Assembly (NCBI GenBank): GCA_963751455.1
Contig: CAVVUN010000002.1
Span: 256,001 to 320,000 of the forward strand
DNA: 64,000 nucleotides
Direction of reading: 5' to 3'
Source of the DNA: Nitrospirota bacterium
GTDB lineage: Bacteria; Nitrospirota; UBA9217
Below are positions 9,901 through 21,262 of the stretch, one piece after another. How positions within the stretch are numbered: the stretch's first letter is position 1; the number at the start of each line of letters is the position of its first letter. The notes beneath the pieces are model-generated. The model saw nothing but the letters and a program-made list of their open reading frames with translations. It had not been told where the DNA came from and did not search any database. The translations under genes were made by a program, and so were the position numbers.

Positions 9901-12900
9901 CGCGGTCCTTCAGATGTTCCCCGTGTGTGCGGGGATGAACCGGCTGAAATGGCGTGGAAGTTTGAGGGCAATGAATGTTCCCCGTGTGTGCGGGGATGAA
10001 CCGGTCGAGACCAGATATTCACAAGCAACAAGGGCATGTTCCCCGTGTGTGCGGGGATGAACCGATGCTGTTTATGGTGTAACCGCGTAACGACGGATGT
10101 TCCCCGTGTGTGCGGGGATGAACCGAAATCCGCGCTTGTTGATATCGAGAAGTGGCTATGTTCCCCGTGTGTGCGGGGATGAACCGCTAGAAAAAACGGC
10201 GGTGCAGGAACTGGCGATATGTTCCCCGTGTGTGCGGGGATGAACCGGTAAACTACTGTCCCGAATGTGGGAGGCCGTTATGTTCCCCGTGTGTGCGGGG
10301 ATGAACCGTTGAGAGGATAGAATACAATGGGCAGCCGGTAATGTTCCCCGTGTGTGCGGGGATGAACCGGAACGAGCAATCCAAAAAACTGCAAGTTCCC
10401 CATGTTCCCCGTGTGTGCGGGGATGAACCGACCGGGATCCACTATGACTCTGTCCGCGAGCTATGTTCCCCGTGTGTGCGGGGATGAACCGAGAATAAAA
10501 ACTATAAAAGCTCCTACAAGTAAATGTTCCCCGTGTGTGCGGGGATGAACCGGACCGACGTGGTCGAAAGCTCGCCTCCGTCGAATGTTCCCCGTGTGTG
10601 CGGGGATGAACCGACCGACGGAGCCGGGACCCGGTCCCCTGCAGGATGTTCCCCGTGTGTGCGGGGATGAACCGGTTTACGCAGCCTGCAGCACAACGAC
10701 CTTGAAATGTTCCCCGTGTGTGCGGGGATGAACCGGCTTGATGTCACATGATCGTTAAGCACCCGCTATGTTCCCCGTGTGTGCGGGGATGAACCGGAAT
10801 GGGCGCTCGGCTTGGCGAAGAAGGACCTATGTTCCCCGTGTGTGCGGGGATGAACCGGTGAAGGTTGGGGCGCATGCATTGAATGATAAATGTTCCCCGT
10901 GTGTGCGGGGATGAACCGGGCATGAAGCCGAATGACTTTATCATGCGCGGATGTTCCCCGTGTGTGCGGGGATGAACCGTTTGAGGCAGGACTGGGACGC
11001 GTTTTGTAATGATGTTCCCCGTGTGTGCGGGGATGAACCGACCGAAGCGGTCAGCATCAGCACCCAGGTGAAATGTTCCCCGTGTGTGCGGGGATGAACC
11101 GAGGGGACGCATGCCGTGGTATTCCATTTCCCGATGTTCCCCGTGTGTGCGGGGATGAACCGGCGTCGAGGTGCTCTGGCCCGAGGAAGAAGATATGTTC
11201 CCCGTGTGTGCGGGGATGAACCGCAACTTACCCGGTGGCGACCACACGCGGAGGCATGTTCCCCGTGTGTGCGGGGATGAACCGACGGCATATGGGGCGT
11301 TGTCGAGTGGACGGAAATGTTCCCCGTGTGTGCGGGGATGAACCGCGCACAAAGACGAGATGCTCGAAGGCGTCGAGATGTTCCCCGTGTGTGCGGGGAT
11401 GAACCGAAGTTTTATGCGGGCGCGCTGGTGATGAGAAGATGTTCCCCGTGTGTGCGGGGATGAACCGAAGTTTTATGCGGGCGCGCTGGTGATGAGAAGA
11501 TGTTCCCCGTGTGTGCGGGGATGAACCGGATGACAAACTCGGCATCTATACCCCGATCTTATGTTCCCCGTGTGTGCGGGGATGAACCGTCTGATTGAGA
11601 TAGTTCTCTCCGCAATTTCTTATGTTCCCCGTGTGTGCGGGGATGAACCGAATACCGATCCCGATATCCCGATCACGTACAGATGTTCCCCGTGTGTGCG
11701 GGGATGAACCGTAGAAGAACGTCCCAGGCCGATCGTACCGCACATGTTCCCCGTGTGTGCGGGGATGAACCGGCAGAGGAGCATAACAAGCGGAATAATC
11801 AAGCATGTTCCCCGTGTGTGCGGGGATGAACCGTTCCGGAAGATCGTGCTCGAGCAGCTCGATGAATGTTCCCCGTGTGTGCGGGGATGAACCGGTCCAC
11901 GATCCGGACAGCTGCGATCGCAAATCATGTTCCCCGTGTGTGCGGGGATGAACCGACTCCGAAATACCCTGATCCGTTTCTGCACGAATGTTCCCCGTGT
12001 GTGCGGGGATGAACCGTTCTATAGCCGAAGTCTTTCCCTGCAGGCACGATGTTCCCCGTGTGTGCGGGGATGAACCGCTCGGAGACCGTGATGCCGTTTT
12101 TCCCCACGGATGTTCCCCGTGTGTGCGGGGATGAACCGGTGGATCCGGCATAGAGCACCCAGGCCGCGGGATGTTCCCCGTGTGTGCGGGGATGAACCGG
12201 CCAAATATGAAGCGGACACGTGGACAGAGCGATGTTCCCCGTGTGTGCGGGGATGAACCGTCTGACTCGTTGTGCCGAGATATGTCGCGGCGATGTTCCC
12301 CGTGTGTGCGGGGATGAACCGATATTGCGAAACGAGAAGATGCTGATCGTAAAATGTTCCCCGTGTGTGCGGGGATGAACCGATACCGTTTAACCTGGTG
12401 CCTGCATTTACGATATGTTCCCCGTGTGTGCGGGGATGAACCGAGTTAATACCCATCTCACCGAGCAGCAGATTAATGTTCCCCGTGTGTGCGGGGATGA
12501 ACCGAGGGTTTTCATGCCTTTACTTCCTCGAATAGGATGTTCCCCGTGTGTGCGGGGATGAACCGAAATTTATCAGCTCCGCTGTCGCCCAATTGTCATG
12601 TTCCCCGTGTGTGCGGGGATGAACCGACGAAGGCGGAGATGCAGCGGGCATGGGTCGAATGTTCCCCGTGTGTGCGGGGATGAACCGACGCTTAACGATA
12701 TTATCCTGTATCTCGCCAGATGTTCCCCGTGTGTGCGGGGATGAACCGGATGATCCGGCTGCTCAGGCGAAGGTGGAGGCATGTTCCCCGTGTGTGCGGG
12801 GATGAACCGACTGCACGCGCTTCAGCCGGTCGTCCTCTTCTATGTTCCCCGTGTGTGCGGGGATGAACCGCCCTCCTCGATCACGAAGGAGCGGGAGATC

Positions 12901-15900
12901 AAATGTTCCCCGTGTGTGCGGGGATGAACCGCGACGATGCTCTTCTCGCGGCGAGCGAGGACGATGTTCCCCGTGTGTGCGGGGATGAACCGGCCGCGCT
13001 ACGGGCGCTGGTGAATGACGCGGCATGTTCCCCGTGTGTGCGGGGATGAACCGAGGATATCTGGCCCAAAAAAGACGACGAAGAAATGTTCCCCGTGTGT
13101 GCGGGGATGAACCGTCGAGCGTCTTTACATCCGCGCCCAGCTCGCGATGTTCCCCGTGTGTGCGGGGATGAACCGGGCAAACTATATTCGAGTATCTTGC
13201 CCTTCTTATGTTCCCCGTGTGTGCGGGGATGAACCGAGATGCCCCCGTTCTTCGCCTGGATCACCTTGATGTTCCCCGTGTGTGCGGGGATGAACCGAAA
13301 TTTTTCCCGGTCTCGAACTCCGCGCCCACATGTTCCCCGTGTGTGCGGGGATGAACCGTCTGATCCATCGCCTCACCCCTTCGCGTTAATATGTTCCCCG
13401 TGTGTGCGGGGATGAACCGCGAATATACTTTCCCGCGGTCCCGTGATAGATATGTTCCCCGTGTGTGCGGGGATGAACCGTCGGACATGGTATAAAACCT
13501 CGGGATAAAAGGATGTTCCCCGTGTGTGCGGGGATGAACCGGTTGAGAGACGGTTTTCGGCTTCGGCTCATCAATGTTCCCCGTGTGTGCGGGGATGAAC
13601 CGAAGCCTCTGCCAGTGTGCAAGACCGACAAGGGATGTTCCCCGTGTGTGCGGGGATGAACCGGCGCACCATATGGACGCATCGTCGTCGGCGTTATGTT
13701 CCCCGTGTGTGCGGGGATGAACCGCATGACTTCCTCCTTTTGGTCGGCCTGTATGGATGTTCCCCGTGTGTGCGGGGATGAACCGAAAGTCCATTATTTT
13801 ACGAACCTATGTTCTGGATGTTCCCCGTGTGTGCGGGGATGAACCGATAGACGTTGATGGGACCCTGGAATACTGCGGATGTTCCCCGTGTGTGCGGGGA
13901 TGAACCGATGGGCCGTGTCCGTCGTATAGGGCGATGGTATGTTCCCCGTGTGTGCGGGGATGAACCGACGGAGCTTTCGCTCCTGGAAAACGACAAGCCA
14001 TGTTCCCCGTGTGTGCGGGGATGAACCGTCGTCTTCGAGTTGGCTGTTGACTAAAAACTTATGTTCCCCGTGTGTGCGGGGATGAACCGCACGAGCCATA
14101 ACGCTCTGGCCTCGGCACCATATGTTCCCCGTGTGTGCGGGGATGAACCGTTTATATACAAAAATTTAATATTTTATCTTGAATGTTCCCCGTGTGTGCG
14201 GGGATGAACCGAGCGAGTAGAACGGATCGGCGGCGCAGATGAGATGTTCCCCGTGTGTGCGGGGATGAACCGCCCTGGATCTGGTGGACGCGGTCTCCGG
14301 CTGCATGTTCCCCGTGTGTGCGGGGATGAACCGGCAGGACTCGAAAAGCGGCCGTGGTATATGCAATGTTCCCCGTGTGTGCGGGGATGAACCGGTTATG
14401 GTCCCGGCAAAGGCAATGCCCATCTTATGTTCCCCGTGTGTGCGGGGATGAACCGAGTCCAGTGCGATCCGGAGCGATCCTGCTGCTATGTTCCCCGTGT
14501 GTGCGGGGATGAACCGTCTCGCGGTAGTCCCTGAAGCTCGCAGAAATCATGTTCCCCGTGTGTGCGGGGATGAACCGAACCTTAGTTACTGCGTGAGAAC
14601 CTGTAATTAATGTTCCCCGTGTGTGCGGGGATGAACCGCTCCATACTCATGGGTTTTTGGTCTGCTACAATGTTCCCCGTGTGTGCGGGGATGAACCGCG
14701 CAGACCGGCGTCACTGTAAGCACTGCGGGCATGTTCCCCGTGTGTGCGGGGATGAACCGCGAGTTACGAAGCAGTCAGAAGGATGGCGCCTATGTTCCCC
14801 GTGTGTGCGGGGATGAACCGGCACGGAAAATGGTATCCGTGCCAGGTTCGGCGATGTTCCCCGTGTGTGCGGGGATGAACCGAAGGAGGCGGCGTAATGG
14901 CCAACAATGGACCATGTTCCCCGTGTGTGCGGGGATGAACCGCCCTGCTATTACGGGCTGGTGGACGATCACTCATGTTCCCCGTGTGTGCGGGGATGAA
15001 CCGTAATCGGCGTCATGAAATTCGTTGCCCTTAAAATGTTCCCCGTGTGTGCGGGGATGAACCGATAGAAGAATACGGGGCATTATTCCCCGACAAATGT
15101 TCCCCGTGTGTGCGGGGATGAACCGGCATGTTAGATGGCATTAAAAACGATACGTTTATGTTCCCCGTGTGTGCGGGGATGAACCGATATTGTGTGTCCT
15201 CGCGCAAGCCGTAAGCATATGTTCCCCGTGTGTGCGGGGATGAACCGGAAACGGAAAAGGGAGTGGCGCTCTATGCCCCATGTTCCCCGTGTGTGCGGGG
15301 ATGAACCGCAGAAGTTCTGGACATTCTTGAAAGGGACCGATGTTCCCCGTGTGTGCGGGGATGAACCGAATGTTGCTTTGGCTACGACACGGAGTTCTGA
15401 TGTTCCCCGTGTGTGCGGGGATGAACCGAGATTCTACATTAAAACTTTTCAAAGCAACGATGTTCCCCGTGTGTGCGGGGATGAACCGGTGCCTGCGGTG
15501 GTTATGCCGTCGGCCTCGAATGTTCCCCGTGTGTGCGGGGATGAACCGGCCGACACGTTGAACTTTCCCTGCGCGATCCATGTTCCCCGTGTGTGCGGGG
15601 ATGAACCGATGCCGGTGAGCCGCCCTTCAGGATGAACGTATGTTCCCCGTGTGTGCGGGGATGAACCGAGTAGGCGCCTTCTCTCGTAGTAATGGCCCAT
15701 GTTCCCCGTGTGTGCGGGGATGAACCGGCAAATGAGGTCCTGAACGGCCTAAGAAGATGTTCCCCGTGTGTGCGGGGATGAACCGAAGAACATTACAGGC
15801 ATAGATCGTTATCGACTCATGTTCCCCGTGTGTGCGGGGATGAACCGTACGTTTGGGCGCAACGATATGAACGCCTGGGATGTTCCCCGTGTGTGCGGGG

Positions 15901-17250
15901 ATGAACCGGTTCATAAAGTTCTTTGACTCTGCAAACGTACCATGTTCCCCGTGTGTGCGGGGATGAACCGTCTCTTGTCAGTCTTGCACACTGGCAGGGG
16001 CTATGTTCCCCGTGTGTGCGGGGATGAACCGAAATCTGGTTTATCAGGTTTGCTTGTGGTCTGATGTTCCCCGTGTGTGCGGGGATGAACCGTTGGAATG
16101 CGGTCTGCCTGCGGACGAGCAGCTATGTTCCCCGTGTGTGCGGGGATGAACCGCGAAATTGCTCATAAGAACAGCGAGCGCGGCGGCATGTTCCCCGTGT
16201 GTGCGGGGATGAACCGAAAATCTGGTTTGTCTGGTTATGCTTGTGGATCTATGTTCCCCGTGTGTGCGGGGATGAACCGGCCCCGCGGTTGCGCTCACAC
16301 ATCTGTACATCATGTTCCCCGTGTGTGCGGGGATGAACCGATAACATTGTCGCCGATCACATGCGCCTCTTCATGTTCCCCGTGTGTGCGGGGATGAACC
16401 GTTAACAGTGAGGTTCTTGGCTAGACTGGCAGCATGTTCCCCGTGTGTGCGGGGATGAACCGTAGATGGCATGCTTAAACCACTTCAATGCTCTATGTTC
16501 CCCGTGTGTGCGGGGATGAACCGCAGTTGGTTCCACGTAGGTAAGCGAAAGGGCAATGTTCCCCGTGTGTGCGGGGATGAACCGTTGAGTGCGGCAGCGC
16601 GCTTGTGCAAAAAGATATGTTCCCCGTGTGTGCGGGGATGAACCGCTATAGACGTTGAGACATTCCAGGATACGACGATGTTCCCCGTGTGTGCGGGGAT
16701 GAACCGAACACCAACGCCGCCCAGGCCGGCCTCCTCAAATGTTCCCCGTGTGTGCGGGGATGAACCGGCGAACATCCGGGAACATCTCAGCGAATTTACA
16801 TGTTCCCCGTGTGTGCGGGGATGAACCGCATAGGGCAATCTGGACGTGCTTAGGCACTTATGTTCCCCGTGTGTGCGGGGATGAACCGGAACCACAAGTC
16901 TGGCACCTGAACGGCCTGATATGTTCCCCGTGTGTGCGGGGATGAACCGATAGACGAGCGCGGCTTACTCAGTGGCCGACGTCTATGTTCCCCGTGTGTG
17001 CGGGGATGAACCGAAGAACCAGCTGATCGTGCTAGCCTTTTTTATGTTCCCCGTGTGTGCGGGGATGAACCGTTGGGAACGGCGACGCGGTCGCCTTGGT
17101 CCAAATGTTCCCCGTGTGTGCGGGGATGAACCGACGCACAGGCTCAGGTACAACGCGATATCAAATGTTCCCCGAGTATGCGGGAAGAAGCCGGTAACGT
17201 CTGCAGGCTTTTTGAGGTTAAGAAGTGTTCCCCGAATGTGGGATGGACCG
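6987..17250 (+). CRISPR. Type I-E CRISPR array: about 167 repeats ATGTTCCCCGTGTGTGCGGGGATGAACCG (29 bp), spacers mostly 32 bp (31-35)
   Basis: About 61-bp periodicity from 6987; last canonical repeat at 17105; degenerate repeats at 17165 and 17225; count estimated from length. Confidence 0.99.
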
Positions 17251-17314
17251 TGACGGCTGGTTCATGGGAACGCGGTTATGTTCCCCCGTTCGATTTAGAA
17301 ATAACTATTAGGCT

Positions 17315-17806
17315 TTAGTCGGATGTTTTCGGAGAGCCCCATGGGGCCGTGCCGAATTGTTCGACTATCTCGAGCCGCTCGATTCCGTGTTCTGAAAATT
17401 CTCTCGAATACCGCTCCAGGATGGAGCCCTCGAGCTTGAAGCGCTCTTCCATGCTCAGCCGGTTCACGTTTTCCTGGCCGCCTTCCTGCCGCTCAAGGTC
17501 TCTCTGGGTTAGCCGGTTGGATAATTCATCCCAGAAGGTGTCATTCGTAAAGTCGTCGATGAATTCCCAGGCCTGCGATGTTTCCTCGAATTTAATGCTC
17601 GGAATGAACTTTCCCATACGTCCGTTGTATTGAATAAGGTCGTCGCGGCCCATATCCCGCGCAAGAGAAAAGAATTTCTGGATAAGCTCTTCGTACTTTT
17701 CTATGTGCGGATCTTTCTGGGTCTTATGCGCGCTCAGCACCCAATGCGCTATATGAAGCAGGTCCACCAAGTCGGCATATTCTTCTTTGTTGATTTGAAT
17801 GTTCAT
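17315..17806 (-). CDS. Hypothetical acidic protein
   Basis: 163-aa ORF with protein-like composition; no recognised family. Confidence 0.75.
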   Translation of the reverse strand: MNIQINKEEYADLVDLLHIAHWVLSAHKTQKDPHIEKYEELIQKFFSLARDMGRDDLIQYNGRMGKFIPSIKFEETSQAWEFIDDFTNDTFWDELSNRLTQRDLERQEGGQENVNRLSMEERFKLEGSILERYSREFSEHGIERLEIVEQFGTAPWGSPKTSD

Positions 17807-17853
17807 ATTTTAATTTCCCCGGTAAATGCTAACCATTAGCAATATCCATAAAA

Positions 17854-18010
17854 TCTGAAAAGACCATTTGGACGCAGAAAAATCGGATAAACGCGGATCT
17901 TTTAAAAATCTTAGGCTTGAACGATGAAGCGCTTTTTTGGCCAATACCAATCTCATTCTTTTTGGTTTATCTGTGCAAATCTGCGTTCATCTGCGTCCAG
18001 TTGCCGTGAT
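17854..18010. repeat. Degenerate member of the CC-ended MITE family
   Basis: CATTTGGACGCAG...CGGATAAACGCGGAT / ATCTGCGTTCATCTGCGTCCAGTTGCCGT inverted arms. Confidence 0.6.
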
Positions 18011-18019
18011 CCGCACTAC

Positions 18020-19087
18020 TCATTCCTCCCAATCTGCTATAAATATATCGGTCTGATGCGGTTTTTGCGGGTTCCGGTTCGATGCCCAGGCAAGTTTCTT
18101 TCCGTCAGGCGAAAACATAGGAAAGCTGTCGAACACGGTATTGAATGTTATCCGCTCAAGGCCTGTCCCGTCCATATTGATCAGATAAAGCTCGAAGTTG
18201 TGCCCGAACTTCTTGATGTCTTCATGCCAGTCGTCCCTGTTGCTGGCAAAGATGATTCGCTTGCCGTCGGGGTGCCAGGACGGAGCGAAATTCGTGGCCC
18301 CGTTCTTGAGTATCATTGTTTTATTCGCTCCGTCGGCTTCCATTACCCAGAGGTCGAGCGGGAATGCAAGAATATAGTTATTCTCCATGCACTCCCTCCA
18401 TTGAGCTTTTTCCGCTTCACTCTCCGGATACCAGGCCCTCCAGACAATCTTCTTCCCGTCAGGCGAAAACCACGGTCCCCCGTTGTATCCCGTCCGGTCC
18501 GTAAGGCGGCGGACGTTTTTTCCGTCGGCGTTCATAATGTACACATCGAAATTCCCGTTGCGCTGCGAGCCGAAAACGACCTGTCTGCCGTCGGGAGACA
18601 CAACGGGTTCGGCGTCGTATTCAGGATTGTCAGTGATCCTCTTCAAATCCGTGCCGTCAGGATTCGCAATAAAAATATCGTACGGATGGAGCGGCCAGAC
18701 ATAGCGGGCGCCGCCCGGTGTCTTTGGAGGTGCAGGGCAGTCCCCCGGGATATGGTTCGTGGAAGAAAAAATGATTTTGTTGTTATCCGGAAAGAAAAAG
18801 GAGCAAGTATTAGCGCCATGATCCGGGCTCACCATCCGTTTATCTGAGCCGTCGCTGTTCATGGTCCATATCTTGTCGCAGCCGTATCCGCCGCGATTGG
18901 ACTGAAAAATGAGTTTGGCCCCATCCCTGGAAAAATACGCCTCGCCGTTGTCGCCCTCGAAGGTAAGCTGCGTGACGTTTTTCATATGGCGGTCGGCCAA
19001 TGACCGGTCAGGTGACGCGGTTTCAGGTTTCCTGTTTATACAACTGAACAGCAGCAAGACAATCATGAGCAACGCTGTTTTTCTCAC
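18020..19087 (-). CDS. TolB-like PD40 beta-propeller lipoprotein
   Basis: Lipobox LFSC; repeated (F/W)SPDGKK motifs. Confidence 0.88.
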   Translation of the reverse strand: MRKTALLMIVLLLFSCINRKPETASPDRSLADRHMKNVTQLTFEGDNGEAYFSRDGAKLIFQSNRGGYGCDKIWTMNSDGSDKRMVSPDHGANTCSFFFPDNNKIIFSSTNHIPGDCPAPPKTPGGARYVWPLHPYDIFIANPDGTDLKRITDNPEYDAEPVVSPDGRQVVFGSQRNGNFDVYIMNADGKNVRRLTDRTGYNGGPWFSPDGKKIVWRAWYPESEAEKAQWRECMENNYILAFPLDLWVMEADGANKTMILKNGATNFAPSWHPDGKRIIFASNRDDWHEDIKKFGHNFELYLINMDGTGLERITFNTVFDSFPMFSPDGKKLAWASNRNPQKPHQTDIFIADWEE

Positions 19088-19117
19088 GGTTGATTACCTC
19101 CGCTGGAACAATATTAA

Positions 19118-19325
19118 CCTAAAAACGACAGTTGCTCTTGTTTGGCCGCAAAGAACGCAAAGAAAATCAAGAAAAAGAATATTACCAAGTATTCGCCGTC
19201 TTGGTGATGCCGGCATTACACTCCAAATGTTTGATTTTTCTCTGCGATCATTGCCTGCGCCCAGCGGTTACGAGTGGAATCGCGAGTGCAGGGTGAGTTC
19301 TCTGCGGTTAACTGCTTTTTATAGG
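19118..19325. mobile_element. Divergent CC-ended MITE, 5-bp TSD ATTAA
   Basis: ATTAA|CCTAAAAACGACAGTT ... AACTGCTTTTTATAGG|ATTAA; CGCAAAG-type core. Confidence 0.8.
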
Positions 19326-19547
19326 ATTAATGATTATAGACATAAGGGCAGGGGATGTAAACCCCATTGTTGCAAATAATCGTTGGAGGGGCACAGCAGT
19401 CTGTCTCCACGACTGCGCTGATAGAGCCCTTCAACGACCATTTCTCGTGAACTTGACTATTCCAGGGATTTTCTGCAGCAGCGGGGTAAAGAATCATTCT
19501 CGGCAGCTCAAGGGTCTCCGGTAAAAAGCGCATCAATGTAAACCCTA

Positions 19548-19587
19548 TTGACAGGAAATAAATTATTGTATATATTAGATATATACA
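19548..19587 (+). promoter_or_regulatory. brnTA promoter with palindromic operator
   Basis: TTGACA-17-TATATT overlapped by perfect inverted repeat TGTATATA-N5-TATATACA. Confidence 0.75.
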
Positions 19588-19596
19588 AGGAGGCAT

Positions 19597-19920
19597 ATGG
19601 ACATTTTCCAGGGCATTGCCGGTTTCGAGTGGGACAAAGGAAATATGGAGAAAAGCCGGCAAAAACACGGAGTGAGGTCTTCGGAATGCGAAGAAGTATT
19701 TTTTAACAGTCCGTTTGTCGTGAACCTGGATGCGCCGCCTCATTCGGAGATCGAAGTCCGGTACTTTGCTCTGGGCAAAACCGACGTCAATAGACTGCTT
19801 TTCATAGCATTTACCATACGAAAGAACAAGATCAGGGTTATATCTGCCCGGGATATGAGCCGGAAAGAGAGGCGCATTTATCATGAAAAAACTGAAGAAG
19901 ATACCGAAGTTCAAGAATGA
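19597..19920 (+). CDS. brnT: BrnT-family toxin (DUF497)
   Basis: FEWDKGN, KHGV, RYFALG, IRVISAR. Confidence 0.9.
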   Translation: MDIFQGIAGFEWDKGNMEKSRQKHGVRSSECEEVFFNSPFVVNLDAPPHSEIEVRYFALGKTDVNRLLFIAFTIRKNKIRVISARDMSRKERRIYHEKTEEDTEVQE

Positions 19921-20149
19921 GCGGGAGGAGGCCCGTTTTTGGGAATCCCATGACTCCGCAGAGTATGTGGACTACGCTAAGGCAAAAAAGGTCCTGTTCC
20001 CGAATCTCAAACCGTCGACCAGAACGATCTCCATCAGGCTGCCGGAGGCTCTTATCGAACACATAAAGCTACGGGCAAACAAGCGGGACGTGCCCTATCA
20101 GTCGCTCATAAAAATGTATCTTGCGGAAAAGATAGTTGAAGAAACTTGA
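19883..20149 (+). CDS. BrnA/CopG-like antitoxin
   Basis: EEARFWESHD, TISIRLP, PYQSLIK; overlaps the toxin gene. Confidence 0.88.
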   Translation: MKKLKKIPKFKNEREEARFWESHDSAEYVDYAKAKKVLFPNLKPSTRTISIRLPEALIEHIKLRANKRDVPYQSLIKMYLAEKIVEET

Positions 20150-20253
20150 TGGAAAATACTGTTGTCTTTGTGCGGAGATATTCTTATGAAGGGTCAAAGG
20201 GTCCAGAAAGGAGCATAAGCTTGCCGGATGGAATGCCGGCCGGCCGGTCAAGA

Positions 20254-20940
20254 ATGAAAAAAATCGTCATTACCGAAGAGGTGAGGGAGCTGCTCACCAA
20301 GGAAAAAAGCTTTCTGAACAGAACCGACCTTGCTATTTTCACCGCTGCCTCCGGCGATGAAGTGCTCACGCTACACCGCAGGGAAAAAGCCGATTTGATC
20401 ATCATGCTTCTTGAAACGCCAGGCATGCCGGCTGAACAGTTATGCTCCACAATAAGGGAATCCAAGGAACTGAGGACCGTTTCCCTGCTCCTGATCTGCG
20501 CGGATGCGAGCGAGGCACGCGAAAGGTGCAACCGGTGCCGGGTAAACGAAGTTTTCACCCTGCCGCTCGAAACCGGTCTCCTGCTCGAAAAGGCGCAACA
20601 GTTTCTGGATATTTCCGGACGGAAGTCGTACCGGGTGCTGCTGAACGTGAAGGTTGAAGGCAGGGAAACGGGCGCATCCTTCTTCTGCAAATCCGAGAAT
20701 ATCAGTCTAACCGGCATACTGATAGAGACCGACCAACAGCTTGCACAGGGGGATCGAGTAAGTTGTTCATTTTCTCTGTCCGGAACACAGGTCGACATTT
20801 CCGGCGAAGTGACCAGGACCATAAAACCGCCGCTGGACTCTAACCTCAGACGCTACGGAATCAGATTCATCAATGTGACAGATAGGGCAAAAGAAGCAAT
20901 AGAAGCCTTTGCAGGCCACGAACCCAGATTGCCGGGATAG
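20254..20940 (+). CDS. Receiver-like domain plus PilZ domain protein
   Basis: Degenerate REC N-terminus; RKSYR and NISLTG PilZ motifs. Confidence 0.8.
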   Translation: MKKIVITEEVRELLTKEKSFLNRTDLAIFTAASGDEVLTLHRREKADLIIMLLETPGMPAEQLCSTIRESKELRTVSLLLICADASEARERCNRCRVNEVFTLPLETGLLLEKAQQFLDISGRKSYRVLLNVKVEGRETGASFFCKSENISLTGILIETDQQLAQGDRVSCSFSLSGTQVDISGEVTRTIKPPLDSNLRRYGIRFINVTDRAKEAIEAFAGHEPRLPG

Positions 20941-20946
20941 AATATT

Positions 20947-21032
20947 AATTGCGAATTGCGAATTGCGAATTTCAAATTTCAAATTTCAAATTTCAAATTG
21001 CAAACTGAAAAGTGAAAAGTGAAAAGTGAAAA
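20947..21032. repeat. Heptamer tandem repeat tract
   Basis: (AATTGCG)n(AATTTCA)n(AAAGTGA)n. Confidence 0.8.
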
Positions 21033-21262
21033 AAGTGTTCAGTATCACATTTATTGTCTTAGAAAAAGAGTAATAATTCAAAAAACAGCCTGGGACGCGG
21101 ATAAAAACAGATAAAAGCGGATATAACCAAACAAATGACGGCCAAGAAGACGGTACCACATGGGTGAGTCAAGCATTCTTTTGATGCCTCGAAAACGGTA
21201 TTAATTTTTGAAAACTGTGCCCAAATGCTCTTTCACTATAAAAAGCTTCTGTGGGTAAGCAA

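Noticed and set aside
7016-17164. Exact self-targeting spacers within this window
   Set aside because: No full-length match noticed by eye; an exhaustive alignment was not possible
6914-17253. Dozens of ORFs with repeating RFIPAHTGN, VHPRTHGEH or MFPVCAGMNR
   Set aside because: Translations of CRISPR repeats, not genes
17278-17290. ATGTTCCCCCG after the array as a further repeat
   Set aside because: Only the 5' third matches; at most an eroded remnant, so excluded from the array bounds
20947-21032. Heptamer tracts (also about 23575, 46993, 53800, 56990, 57655) as mini-CRISPRs or iterons
   Set aside because: No spacers; low-complexity intergenic repeats
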